A stretch of DNA of 64,000 bases from Lytechinus pictus (lineage: Eukaryota): assembly GCF_037042905.1 (NCBI RefSeq), contig NC_087261.1:4340001-4404000 (forward strand), in the 5' to 3' direction. Below the pieces are notes generated by a model, which worked only from the letters and a program-made list of their open reading frames with translations, was not told the origin of the DNA and made no database searches. Shown here one piece after another: positions 1 to 12,107 of the stretch. The position numbers and the translations under genes were made by a program. The first letter of the stretch is position 1. Every line of letters begins with the position of its first letter.

Positions 1-614
1 TAGAAGCAGTACACATTACATGCAACTCTATGGGACTGTTGTATTGCCAGTATTGAACATGCATATTGTTGGTTTCTAAGGGGCTGGACCTTTCATTTTA
101 ATATAACAGGTATAATGATACAAATTTAACAACTATTGATTGATTATGATTAGAAATTTAAGGCAAAAACTGTGTTAAAATGTTGGTTTTCAATATTCGA
201 AATTAACATAAATTTGCTTATCAAATTTACCTTGATGAAATTATTGAATCCACCTAAGTTACATGTGCCTGTATACATCATTTGAAAGGGAATTTCTTGA
301 GCAATATCAATCTGATATCTATGGTATGGGCAAAGGGAAAACAAATATGGATAGAAATAGAGTACATTGGGGGTCCTATATGATTGAACATTTTCATTCA
401 TGAAATGTAAGCAGATAACCCTACCTATTTTTAATGTCATTTTTGGAATCTTCATGAAATTTCCTTTCAGAAAGAGTATACTTTTGTATGGATATGGTGA
501 ATATTGTCAAAGTTATAACCATGTTTATACCGGGAGATGAGCTGTCATTAAATGTGGGCGACGTATTAAACACAAATGGGGTGAGTTCTAGACCCATTGC
601 CATATTAAACTGAC

Positions 615-798
615 CTGGTTTTGGTTTGACTGCTGGTGGTATGAACATGCCCGGTGTAGGGGCATCAAACCCCCCATGTGAGATACGAGAGTGATCTGGA
701 TGACCCGAGAATGGCGTTGGATGGGTAGGGGAAGTGGTGCTAGTCTGTCCCAGCCCATACTTATTCCTACTGTCTTCTTTACTTTTAACGCATCCCAT
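615..798 (-). CDS. Src-family tyrosine kinase (Fyn/Yes-like), first coding exon (SH4 + unique domain); rest of gene lies left of the window
   Basis: MGCVKSKEDS... has the Gly2 myristoylation/Cys3 palmitoylation SH4 motif of Fyn/Yes-type kinases. Kozak context GCGCCACCATGG; polypyrimidine/CAG acceptor with exon start at 826; phase-1 donor CCAG|GTCAGT after 615 (...KPKP-G), where the SH3 exon normally follows. Confidence 0.82.
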
Positions 799-904
799 GG
801 TGGCGCACTCCTACAGCATTCCACTCCTGGAGATGAGAAGATTGAGATGGGCAAGACAAGTTTGAACATTTGTAGTTAAAAAAACTTTGGTTTAAAACTT
901 AAAT

Positions 905-1175
905 AAAAATAATAATAATAATAATAAGTATTTCTAATGCGCACTTTCTAATAGATCATTACTCAAGGCGCTACATATTAAATAAACATTGGAAATAATC
1001 ACAATTAAAATCATCAAACATAACATTCATATGAGGAAAAGACATGGCCTTCACTAATATGATTGTAAAAATAGGTAATATTTGACACTTGATTGGAATG
1101 TCTTAAGAGTGTTCACATTCCTGATAGTACTTGGCAGTCTATTCCACATAACTGGGGCAACATAGCTAAAATTAG
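905..1175 (-). mobile_element. L2-clade LINE 3' fragment
   Basis: Minus strand encodes FSYVAPVMWNRLPSTIRNVNTLKTFQSSVKYYLF, typical of the L2/CR1 ORF2 C-terminus. It is followed by a GCGCCTTGAG...AAAGTGCGCATTAGAAAT end and a (TTA)n tail at ~905-927. Confidence 0.7.
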
Positions 1176-1228
1176 ATGCAGCTTGTGCATAGGGCTTTAG
1201 ACTTTGCCTACGGCAAGCTTCAGCCCTG

Positions 1229-1451
1229 GGGGTGTTTCACAAAGATTTACTTCAGTCGCACTTAAATGCCGACGCGTACATTATATACAACGCGCAATCT
1301 TATTGATCAATACGCAGTAGTGCGTGTCCTCTTGGCATGATCTGACCAATGCAACCATGCCTTTTACATGTATACCGCGCGTAACTAGACATTTATAAAG
1401 TGCGAGTCTACAATGTATGTAAGTCATTCTTAAATCTTTGTGAAACACCCC
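1229..1451. mobile_element. MITE (PIF/Harbinger-like), family A
   Basis: TIRs GGGGTGTTTCACAAAGATTTA / TAAATCTTTGTGAAACACCCC; second copy at ~24113-24742. Confidence 0.8.
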
Positions 1452-2086
1452 CCCCCCCCCCCCCCCCCCCCGAGGCTTTACAGTGTGCAAGCATTTCATT
1501 TCAAGGAATGAATCCTGCCAATTCTGCATTTACCCCACCCGGGTTAAGAGCAGCACGATTTGAATAAATAATAAACTCCTTGTCTAAGGACGTGAACGCA
1601 ATGGCTGGGGTAACCAACGACTTTTAATTGAAAGGCAAAAGTCAAAACTACATGTACTAGACCATGGACACAAATATATTTCATTGAAGGGAAACCTAAC
1701 GTTGACCGATTCGTGAGAAAGAAAGAAATACCAAGAAAAACAAAATGGTTGACGTTTGAAAGAGATCGGACAAGGAAATACAGCTGTTTAAACAATTGCA
1801 TCACCCCATTTTAATTCAAAATAGTGACTATTCAAATCTACATTTAAAAATCATCAATTTTGCTAGTACTATTAAAAAGGAAATTCTCCCACTTTTTATC
1901 AGTAATTTGTTGTTCTCTTCTCCCTTGAGACAGTAATAAAAACATACAATAGACATACATGTACGTGTATGTCTAGAAATAAAAATTGTCATAAAAACTT
2001 TCAAAAGATTACAAATATCGGTACAGCTGTAGTCATTTTGAGTGTTGAAGCAAATGGAGGACTACATTTACTGTACAGTGTACCTG

Positions 2087-2339
2087 AAGGTCAGGTCCCA
2101 GTGCAATAACGGATGCAAAGCGGATGTAAAACACAGAAAAATCTAGCCATGCGTTGGAAAACGCTTTGCATCCATTGTGTACTCATTGCGTTTCATACGC
2201 TCTATCCATCGAGCATCCGTCCACTGTGATTTCACTCCTGGAGCGGATGAAAACGGACGGAGCCAACCCCAAATTTTGCTCGTCTGCAGAGTCCCTGATG
2301 CATATGCTTTGTGTCTATCTGACAGTGGGACCAGGCCTT
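2087..2339. mobile_element. MITE (Harbinger-like)
   Basis: Imperfect TIRs AAGGTCAGGTCCCAGTG / CAGTGGGACCAGGCCTT; internal ACGGAT/ATCCGT subrepeats. Confidence 0.6.
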
Positions 2340-2410
2340 TACATTTGACCTTTGCCAATACAGCAAATTTGCTCATAGTTTTAACAAATTTAAATTCTTT
2401 CTGTTTCTTT

Positions 2411-4248
2411 TTATTAGGTGATCTGTCAATCGACAGATCAACTATTAATTTCGTAAGAATTTTCTTTTTTATTTATTATTTATTTCTTAATTTTAATTTT
2501 TCCACCCTTTTCTTGTTACCATTAAATCTCCAAATCTACATCATCAATTATCTTCAAAATATCATCAGATATGGGGACTTATCATGTCATGTGAACGAAA
2601 CAAGTTCAAGGTCAAAAGGTCATCATGACGTCATCTAGACGCCATTTTGTAAAATCACATTATCAATCATATCTTCATTATCAATTATAAAAAATTAACC
2701 ATATTTACATCACATTAACTTCAGGTCAAGGGTCAACTGTCCATGTCATCAAAGGTCATGTAAAGCTCACGACGTGCGCGTACGCGCGCGTCAAAATTTT
2801 AAAATGCTCAAAATCGCTTTTTGACCAAAGTAGAGTATGTTTCAGGTGATTTTAAGCATTTCAAAAATTTGCGCGCGCGCACGGTTACGCGCGCGTTCTC
2901 GCGCGTTACGGCACTATACAACATAGGATCGCCATGTTTGTTACATCAATGCACCAACAATATGATTCTGAACAATTTGATACCTTGATCAACCTTCTAC
3001 GACAAGTAATAACGGAATTAGCCTCCATCAAAGTTTACAGCACGCGCACGCGCGCGCACTAACCATAGACAATATATATGCAAAAACATGCCTATACAAA
3101 ATTCAAAATATAGCTCTTCAGGAAGTCCATTGACCCCCAATTTTTTTTTCATATTCGAATAGAGTATGAATGGGAGATATGATTTCATGTCATATTTGAC
3201 CCGAAATTTTATCATGACGTCATCAAAATGGCGTCGGAACGCAAAATTCCCATTTTGCTACTTATGACGTCATCATAATTATGCATATTTGACTCTAACT
3301 CCGTAAATATTGACAAATTTTCGCTCAGTTTTCAATATGTTGTAGCAGAGGACATACTCTTTTTAATTAGATGGCTATATTAACATTTAGAGGAACGGAT
3401 CATCCTAAAAAATGGCAAGTTATAGAGGCATGTCATTTTCACTCATTTTGTGTGCAATCTCTATGGGAAATGACTTTTTCTCAAAACTGGATTTTACATT
3501 CCTCTATTTCGCGAGCCATATCTCCATTTCTTTTTGTTGGTTTTCTCTGAGCTTGGAGTATGTTGTAGCTGAGACTGTAAGCTATCGTAATTGTGGTCTC
3601 AATTTTCCGATCAGATGCCGGGATCATGCCCGTATTTCACTTGCAAAATTGGATTTGAAATTCTCTTGTTTTGCTTATGTGTAAAGTCTATGGGAAGTGT
3701 GTAGCTCAATGGGTAAGGCATGAGACTTGCATCCTTAGGGTCCAGGGTTCGAGCCCAGGGGGCAGGGGTGAACATAAGAATTTTTTTTTCTTTTTTTTTC
3801 TTTTCAACATTTCACAAATGGTCCATTATGACCATTACAATGTTTATAAAATAAAACATTGGACAATAAAAGAGATTAAAATCCCTTTTAATGTAAAATG
3901 TTCCTGTACAATATGTGTATTACCTACACTTTTTCACACAACTTTTTCATTTCCCTCTGTTTCAAGAGTATTCAACACGTTCTTTTCGTAAGGAAAGTTC
4001 AGTTTTCATCGTGATGATCATATTGATCTCAATAAACATGCTGATTGTCTACCTGATCATGAAATCAGAGACAGATCACCTAATTCGTCCTCATGACGAA
4101 TTAAAATTCTAGTGTTCTTTTTGTAATAGAAGTTTAGTTTTCAATATGATCATCGTATTGATGTCAATAAACATGCTGATTGTCTTCGTGATCATGAAAT
4201 CAGAGACAGATCACCTAATTCGTCCTCATGACGAATTAAAATTCTAGT
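2411..4248 (+). mobile_element. Non-autonomous Helentron/Helitron2-like (HINE/DINE-like) rolling-circle element with tandemly duplicated 3' end
   Basis: 5' subTIR ATTAGGTGATCTGTC (2413-2427) with local stem GATCTGTC-aatc-GACAGATC. 3' subTIR GACAGATCACCTAAT is followed by hairpin AATTCGTC-ctcat-GACGAATT and a CTAGT end, present twice (4070-4113 and 4205-4248). Inserted in T-rich sequence with no TSD. Confidence 0.75.
3697..3790 (+). pseudogene. tRNA-derived (Ala-TGC-like) Pol III cassette/SINE head inside the Helentron-like element
   Basis: A box TAGCTCAATGG (3702-3712), CTTGCAT anticodon-like loop, B box GGTTCGAGCC (3746-3755), oligo-T from 3781. Acceptor and anticodon stems pair poorly, so it is not a functional tRNA. 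Confidence 0.6.
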
Positions 4249-4304
4249 TTGTTCTGAATTCCAATTACATATGTACAGTATTTAATTTATGTGTATTTGC
4301 TTAT

Positions 4305-4592
4305 CAGGGCCCCGTCTTACAAAGAGTTATGATTGATCCAATCATTGATCCAATCAATCATTACTCTATGGAAATCCATCAGTGTCATAATTTTTTGTAC
4401 AGGAAATATGCAAAATGTCTTTTGTAAACATAGGAGAACACACCAAATTGTCAAGAAATTAATTAATTTATGGATATACAATCATATCTATAATTTTTTT
4501 GAACAATCATGCATTTTAGATGTTGACTTTGCTGGCTTTCCATAGTTGCGATTGATCGGATCAATCGCAACTCTTTGTAAGACGGGGCCCTG
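4305..4592. mobile_element. MITE (Harbinger-like), family B
   Basis: TIR (CAG)GGCCCCGTCTTACAAAGAGTT / AACTCTTTGTAAGACGGGGCC(CTG); other copies at 26860-27129 and 31801-32061. Confidence 0.85.
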
Positions 4593-5795
4593 GTTTTTCT
4601 TTCCCTTCACTTTTGAGAATTGGAACAACAATCATAAAATCAAAAGAGTTAAAAAGGTTGATCAAGCTACAACACATACAGGTACCTTTAATATATCAAG
4701 CAAAAAAAAAACGTAATGAAGCATCATGAAAACTATATAAATATTGTTAATATAATTATAAACCCTGTATTTCAAAATATGAAAAACAACATAATACAGA
4801 GAATGAATTGCATCTTAAAATTTTACAGGTAATTTTAAATTTCTTGCAAATACATGTCAAAATTTTCTCTCCAGAAAGTGAGCATTATATATTTTACTTT
4901 TCTCACATGAAGTCCTCACTTTGCACGAATATTCACCAAGTAACTGCAATTTTCAGATTGATTAAGCCAGCCAGATTCTACAAGTGATGTTGACAAAGAA
5001 CTTAATCACTGAAAGATCATCAATGACACTCGTGTATCATCAATAAAACCAGTGTCACTCTCTACTCTTCAAATATAGGATATCACGCATTTGTCTTCAT
5101 TCAGCCAAGTTTCTATTGGGTCAAACAAGCGCGTTCATTGTACATTGTGAAACCAAAATTGCCATTTAACCTTTTTACATCTATAGTATCCAGAATAAGT
5201 ATGAAAAAAGAGAACTACATGTATCAAGGAGTTGGGAGAGATATTGGATATTTATATCGAGGGAGTGTTATTTGTATAAAAAAAAAAAAAACAAGCATGC
5301 ATTTACATATTTCCAGAACAAATATTCCATACAGTACAAAAAATTGACACACTTCAGCTGGATAATCTTTAAGGGAAATCCAACCCCCCCCCCCTTTAAA
5401 AAAAGAAAGAAATAAAGTTATTTAGAAAATTGCAATGACCAATCAGGATCATTTTTGCATGTACATTGTGTCCAAAACACTGACCAGGGACCACTCAGAT
5501 TAGGTATTTGCAATTTGTTGCAAACCTTGTGTTACGGTGGACTGGTATTGGCATCAATGAAGGTCTTCTGATCTTATTTCCTTCCTTCCTTCTGCTGAAT
5601 GACGTTGTTTGGCAAAATAAAGCATATCTGGGAATTCACTGACTAGTGTGATCAAAGATTTAAAAATCCCCAAATGGGTGTCTCACGGTGACTCACCTTT
5701 CTGCCACTCTGCTTTTTATATTTCATGTTAATTCCGCTACTTTAAAAGTAAATCTGTACATTCTGTTCTTTCAGTTTTATTCTATAAACATTCTG

Positions 5796-6276
5796 NNNNN
5801 NNNNNNNNNNNNNNNNNNNNNNNNNNNNNNNNNNNNNNNNNNNNNNNNNNNNNNNNNNNNNNNNNNNNNNNNNNNNNNNNNNNNNNNNNNNNNNNNNNNN
5901 NNNNNNNNNNNNNNNNNNNNNNNNNNNNNNNNNNNNNNNNNNNNNNNNNNNNNNNNNNNNNNNNNNNNNNNNNNNNNNNNNNNNNNNNNNNNNNNNNNNN
6001 NNNNNNNNNNNNNNNNNNNNNNNNNNNNNNNNNNNNNNNNNNNNNNNNNNNNNNNNNNNNNNNNNNNNNNNNNNNNNNNNNNNNNNNNNNNNNNNNNNNN
6101 NNNNNNNNNNNNNNNNNNNNNNNNNNNNNNNNNNNNNNNNNNNNNNNNNNNNNNNNNNNNNNNNNNNNNNNNNNNNNNNNNNNNNNNNNNNNNNNNNNNN
6201 NNNNNNNNNNNNNNNNNNNNNNNNNNNNNNNNNNNNNNNNNNNNNNNNNNNNNNNNNNNNNNNNNNNNNNNNNNNN
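5796..6276. other. Assembly gap (N run)
   Basis: Run of N, with (CAT/CAC)n-rich sequence on the right flank. Confidence 0.99.
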
Positions 6277-6400
6277 GATGGTCCATTATCATCATCACGA
6301 CCATCATCACCACCAACACCACCATGATCTCCATTTACCACTATTTCCATATGACAGCACCGTCAATATCATCATTATCACAATGGTCATCATAATCAGT

Positions 6401-6869
6401 AGGTGGTTTCAGACCGCCTCGTCAGTTCCAGGTATTCTCTGATCGGGAAATTTACCCCGATCAGAAAATACCAGGTATTTTGGTAATGTGAAAGCAAACT
6501 ACGCGTAATTTCCCCGAAAGAAAATACCCGCTAAATAGTAGGTACTTGGCGAAATTACGAGAACTTTCGCGGGGATTTTTCCAAGGTCGCAGGTATTTTG
6601 GCAATGTGAAAGCAATTTACGGGAACTTTTAGCCCAGCGTGTCGTTGGGCGCGGGCGCCGTGGTTGGCTGCTGGGCTAGTGGTTTTGAATCTCGCGCCAT
6701 GCCTGCTTATTAGACCATACTGCGCATGCTCCTAACTTCAGGAATTTATCCCGAAGGATATGTTTCGGGGCGGTGTGAATGCAGGAATAATTAATGGGTA
6801 TTTTTTAGCTTAAAAATGTTCTCGTAATTTAACGGGGATTCTTGTGATCGAGGCGGTTTGAAACCACCT
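6401..6869. mobile_element. MITE (Harbinger-like)
   Basis: TIRs AGGTGGTTTCAGACCGCCTCG / CGAGGCGGTTTGAAACCACCT; inserted in a (CAT)n-rich tract. Confidence 0.8.
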
Positions 6870-7545
6870 ATTCTGACAGTCTCGTCATCATCACCCTTTC
6901 ATGATTATCATAATCAACATCAAATCATCACGATGATCACAATCAAATCATCATTATCGTCATAATCATTGAACTCGCCACGAATATTCATCAACATCAT
7001 CCTCATTATCATAATCATATTCATGATCATCATTCGAGATGTATGAATATTACATTTGTACATTGATAGAACTTCTAAGTGTACATGTAGATCATGAAAA
7101 TCTATAAAAATGAATAACCATACTCCATAGACGCCACATTCACATACAGTGTGTAATCTTATTCTCATTCTATTCAATTTCATACTGTAGGCCTACATAT
7201 ATTAGGAGGAACATGAGCAACACAAATTTGAGCTCCAGTCATTGCTTCAAGGTGAAGTGCAATCAAGAGGAAAAAACCCCTTCAATACGACTGAATGACT
7301 CAAACTTCCTGGTTCAAAGTATTACACATATGTACAGTAGACTCATAGATAATGAAAGAAACATGATAAAAGAAACATTCGTTCCATTTATGTTCATGTT
7401 ATGTCTGTTTTATAGGGTCCATAGGATTTCGTTAAATGTTCAATTTATCTTTATTTGACCCATCTCGTTTGTATTATTTATTTGAAATATGTTCTCTTTT
7501 CATGCATTCTTGTACAACATGTACTTGGTTTTAATTGTTTGTATA

Positions 7546-8369
7546 CAGTGCGTCCCACAAAAAACGAAACCGAGATTTATCGATGATTTATCATAACTTA
7601 ATCACAAATACAATAGACAAATGACCTACCATTGTAAATCTTAGAATCTCCTCTTTCATCTGAAATTACTTAGATTATTTCTCATTCACGCATGAGTGAG
7701 CAAACACAATTTGAAGAGGGGATACCAAAAATTCATTTGGCGGGCTGTATCTGGGTTTAAAAAAGAAAACCACATTTTTAAAAAGTTCAATATCTGCTCT
7801 TTAATTCAATACCTCAATTTTAGAAAATTGTCAAGAAATTACAAAGTTCTGGTTATTTGAAATAAGGCTTGAATTTCATTAATTTCATAAAATGAAGAAG
7901 TTTTTAATACAGGCTAGCGTTCAAACTCACTCGACACTCCGTTTTGTTGACGATCAGCCATGCATTAAGTCTTTTGTTAACCGTGCGATAGCTTCTGTGG
8001 GAAACCGGTGAAAACACGTTCATTTAATGAAATTATGGAAATACAAGCATTGTTTCGAGGGACCATAACTTTCTTACTTCTTGACCTTGTTTTGTTATTA
8101 AGGTATCAAATAAAAGAGCAGATATTGAACTTTTTAGGCATGTGATTTTCTTGTTGAAATTCAGATACCCCCTGCCAAATGAGTTTTTGGTAACCTTTCT
8201 TCAAATTGTTTTTGCTCACTCATGCGTGAATGAGGAATAATCTAAGTAATATCAGATGAAAGAAGAGATTCTAAGCTTTACATTGATAGGTCATTTGTCT
8301 ATTTTATTTATAATTAAGTTATGATAAATCATCGCTAAATCTCGGTTTCGTTTTTTGTGGGACGCACTG
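7546..8369. mobile_element. Tc1/mariner-type foldback MITE with long TIRs
   Basis: TA|CAGTGCGTCCCACAAAAAACGAAACCGAGATTTA ... TAAATCTCGGTTTCGTTTTTTGTGGGACGCACTG|TA. Inverted similarity extends roughly 300-350 bp inward; TA TSD. Confidence 0.9.
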
Positions 8370-9014
8370 TATATCCGTTGCAGCATTTGATAAGACTTCA
8401 ATGTCCTTCAAAGATGTCTCCACATCCTACTTAACATATATTTTGCTTTTAACTTTGAGTGAGATAGAATTTAAATTGATCTGTATTAAATCTGCAACAT
8501 ACATGTAGATGTATCAATGGAGTTCCCAGTTGGATTCCATACATGTACATATAGTCCATACTTCAGTTCTCCAAATAATAGTACATACAAGCACTTCCAA
8601 ACAACTCTTTGTGTATTTGATACATTGCAAACATGCACATGATATTATTAAAGTGATTTGTTTTTCAGTGCAATAATTCGCATTGGGCATGCCCACGCAT
8701 TTGTGAAACCATTGCCTCTCCAAAAACAATTCATAAACTTTCACTTTCACTAGGAGAGTCACTTTACTTTTGTTGACAGTAATTGAATACTATACAACCA
8801 GGGAATGTATTACAATACAAGGCAGCATGCAAAATGACAACAAAATATTCATACATGTATGGCAGTACACTTTATTTAAAATATCTTTGATTTCTAATTA
8901 ATAGAACATTTTTCTTTGGGAATACACTCCACATAATCACATTATAATTTGTTCAAAATTGACTGTTTCATGAGGTCAAGAATTGAATGGTGCCAGGATC
9001 AACCTTCTTGTTGG

Positions 9015-9565
9015 CCCGGGGGGGCCACTTACATTGACGAGTGGATACCATGCGCGACCAAAAAAACACGTAAAAAGGATGTCCTTTTCACGATAGGGCA
9101 CGTTACGTACGTAACGTGATAAGGGTGTCAAAAACACAAAAATAATGAAAAAAGGGTGTCTATTTCGCTAGGAAAATTACGTGTTTAGGGTCGAATTTGC
9201 GGGAATGATAAAACAAAATTAAAATGTTTTATAAAGGATGTCCATTTTGCCCCAACATCTCGTGTTTAGAGTCCGATTTGCGCGAGGTGTAGAAGGTGGG
9301 GTCGTACTTAACCAAATAAGGTAAAGCCGACGACCGAAGGACCCGTAACAATAAAACATTCCTGTACTTGTTTAGGGCTTCATTTCAGGGAATATTTGCC
9401 AAGAGTATCGTTTCGTTTCCAATACTTGTTAAGGGTAGGGTTTCACACGCCAATACTTGTTAAGGGGTGCATTTCCAGAATATGGAAATTACGTGTTTAG
9501 GGTGCTTTTCGAGACCCCATGGTCGCGCATGGTGTCCACTCGTGAATGGAAGTGGCCCCCCCGGG
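9015..9565. mobile_element. Non-autonomous DNA transposon with 8-bp TSD
   Basis: TIRs CCCGGGGGGGCCACTT...GTGGATACCATGCGCGACCA / TGGTCGCGCATGGTGTCCAC...AAGTGGCCCCCCCGGG; perfect TSD CTTGTTGG at 9007-9014 and 9566-9573. Confidence 0.9.
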
Positions 9566-10775
9566 CTTGTTGGTAACATTGCTGATGCGGGACTGTGCTA
9601 CTAAAGTATGAACTAAAAACAGTAATCGGTATGTACGGTATTTGTCAAATCTTCAGTTGGCAATTTTTTTCCCAAACATATTGCACTGAAATATCTTCCA
9701 CCCCCTTCCAAATTACTTCTTAAATGGTTGTAGAAAAAAGAGCTCTATTTATATAAAACTACATGAATGTTCTTCTGTACAGGTCTACGGTATGTATATA
9801 AAAAAGAAGAAATTGTTGACCAAAAGAAACTTTGTAAAAAAGTGGAGCAAATTACAATGCAATAGCGGGAAAATTATACCCTGCCAAAAAAAAAATCCTA
9901 CATGTTCGTATTTTGTTCTACAGATCATGCAGTGTCATTTGGAGTTGAAGTTTCCTGCTTGGAGATAAACTGATAAGATTGCCATGGAAACTGGAGATAA
10001 GAGGACATCAATTTCCCCCAAAGCAAGAATAGGTTTTGGTTTAAGGGCTCCTATTTTGAGCAAGCTCTGGACAAGTAAAATGGTTATACAACAGTTGCCA
10101 ATGATCTCAACTCCAGACTGATCACTTTCAAATCTTAATGTAAAAGTTTAAGCCTTGGGGTCCATTTTACAGAAAATAATCAATAAAAAGAATTCAATTA
10201 GCATATTTCGTAGCTTTAGTTTAATAAGCAAATACAGGAACATACGTGTACATATGGGCATATGGGCATAGAATACTGAAAAAATGTTGGGAAAAAAAAA
10301 TCAAGTACCTCTTTACCTAAATGTACAGTACATGTACATGTACATGTAGCTGGACACACTGATATATGGGTGACCAGGCCATGATTATGAATAATAATCT
10401 GTTTATAGAGCACTTAATACATTGGAATAACTTCTCTATTAAGCACTTTACAGATACTATATTATTACCCCAGTCATCGGATCCTGGCAGGCCCACATAC
10501 AATGTATGCACTTAAAATTGGATCCCAAGTTGGATGGCACCTGGCATGATAGGATCAACTTGCTAAATTTCAATAAAAAAAATTTTAAACAAAGCTAATT
10601 TTCACAAAAAAATTCCAAGGGCAATGAAAGCGACATAGTAGGCCTACTATCATGGATCCTACTAACACAAGACATGCGTTGGAATAGCCTTGGATTATCA
10701 AACTGAAGTCCTGCAAGTACACTTTATGTTCAAGAATGTACAGAAGTGTGTACAAATTTAGTGTGATTAAATATC

Positions 10776-12107
10776 AAAAAGAACTCTAGACTGAAAGTTA
10801 TGTGATTTGATAAAGTAAAGTAAAATCTGACACAAAAAAACACTGAAAACATTCTAAAAAATGTATTAAAATAACAAGCTGATTCTATGAAGTCATATTC
10901 TTTTGTATTACATATACCGGTATATTATGATTATACAAATTTGTCCTCCAAGAATGTAAAAATAGAACGAGTGTAGATTGTGTACAAGTTTGTAAGATTA
11001 CAAGGGAAACATGTTTTTACACCCATGAATGAAAATGTATGATTTCATGGAATAAACTAGATAAAGTGAGGACATGACGTAATCAGCAGTCCTACTGCAG
11101 GGCTCCACACTAACCCTTTTTTTCTACTGGTCAAACCTGTTCATGTCAGACTCAGTAGATACATGTACCCAGTTTTTCAATTTTTTACTGGTCCAAACCT
11201 AAAATTCACTGATCCCCCAAAATAAAGAAAAACAGAAATAAAGACTTGTTTATTTTGCTGTCTTTTATTGCTTTTATTGCCCCCCCCCCCAAAAAAAAAA
11301 AACTTACTAACAAACAGTACTCACATACACACACACAACATAATTCATGAGAACCATAAATTTTGGAAAGCCATTTTTTAAGATGCCAATGTCATTTTTT
11401 TATTATTTACTATAGAGGAGAAAATATCATTTATATTAATAGTTTGATATATTTTTTACTGGTCATGTCAGACCAGTAAATCTGGCTCGACAGCAATTTT
11501 TACTGGTCTGGGACCGTCGGACCAGTGCCAGGCGCTACCTACTGTACATGTATTGCATACTCATTTAACAGAATTTTACAAGATATTGTTGAACCTTTAA
11601 AGTTCAATTAAATCTCTTTTTCATTGATTTATTGACATTTTCTTGCATTTTGCCTTATTCAGACCTGCCAACCTCTGGGAATGAAAAACTGTATTCTGTG
11701 ATTAAAAAAAAACAGTATTTTTTCCAAAAAAACTGTATTTCGTAATAAAATGCGTGGCGCGCACGCTCATCGCGGCGCTCAAGCTGCATGCAAGCTAAAA
11801 TGCGCACTGCTCTTGCAGATGAAAAAAAAAACATTGAAACATGTGTATATCTCACCCTGGTTTTAACAAAATGATTATAAAAAAAACAAGTTACCTGAAA
11901 TTACATTGATCAAATAACCATATTTGTGTAAGTTTTATGAAATAGAGACATATAGAGATGATTTTCCTCAATATATTTTTTTTTACAAAATCGTATTTCT
12001 AGAAAAAACGTACTGTCGTATTTTGGTTGCAAAAACGTACTGGTTGGCAGCTCTGCTAATTCCGTTTTTATTTTAAGATTATACTTCAGTCTCGAGTGTC
12101 CCTTTAA
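10776..12107. mobile_element. Old TTAA-type (Kolobok-like) MITE carrying two nested hAT-like insertions (~11098-11530 and ~11660-12055)
   Basis: Degenerate ends AAGAACTCTAGACTGAA / TTCAGTCTCGAGTGTCCCTTTAA. Nested: a CAGGGCTCCACACTAAC... element with ACTGGTC subrepeats and a CAGACCTGCCAACC...GGTTGGCAGCTCTG element. Confidence 0.5.

Noticed and set aside
421-614. C-terminal half of the 125-aa ORF (QFNMAMG...)
   Set aside because: Intron read-through past the GTCAGT donor at 614.
3697-3767. Functional tRNA-Ala gene
   Set aside because: The acceptor stem does not pair, the anticodon and D stems are mismatched, and it is embedded in a TE.
5688-6395. Long ORFs spanning N runs (also 36090-36406 and 45710-46039)
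   Set aside because: Artefacts of translating assembly gaps.
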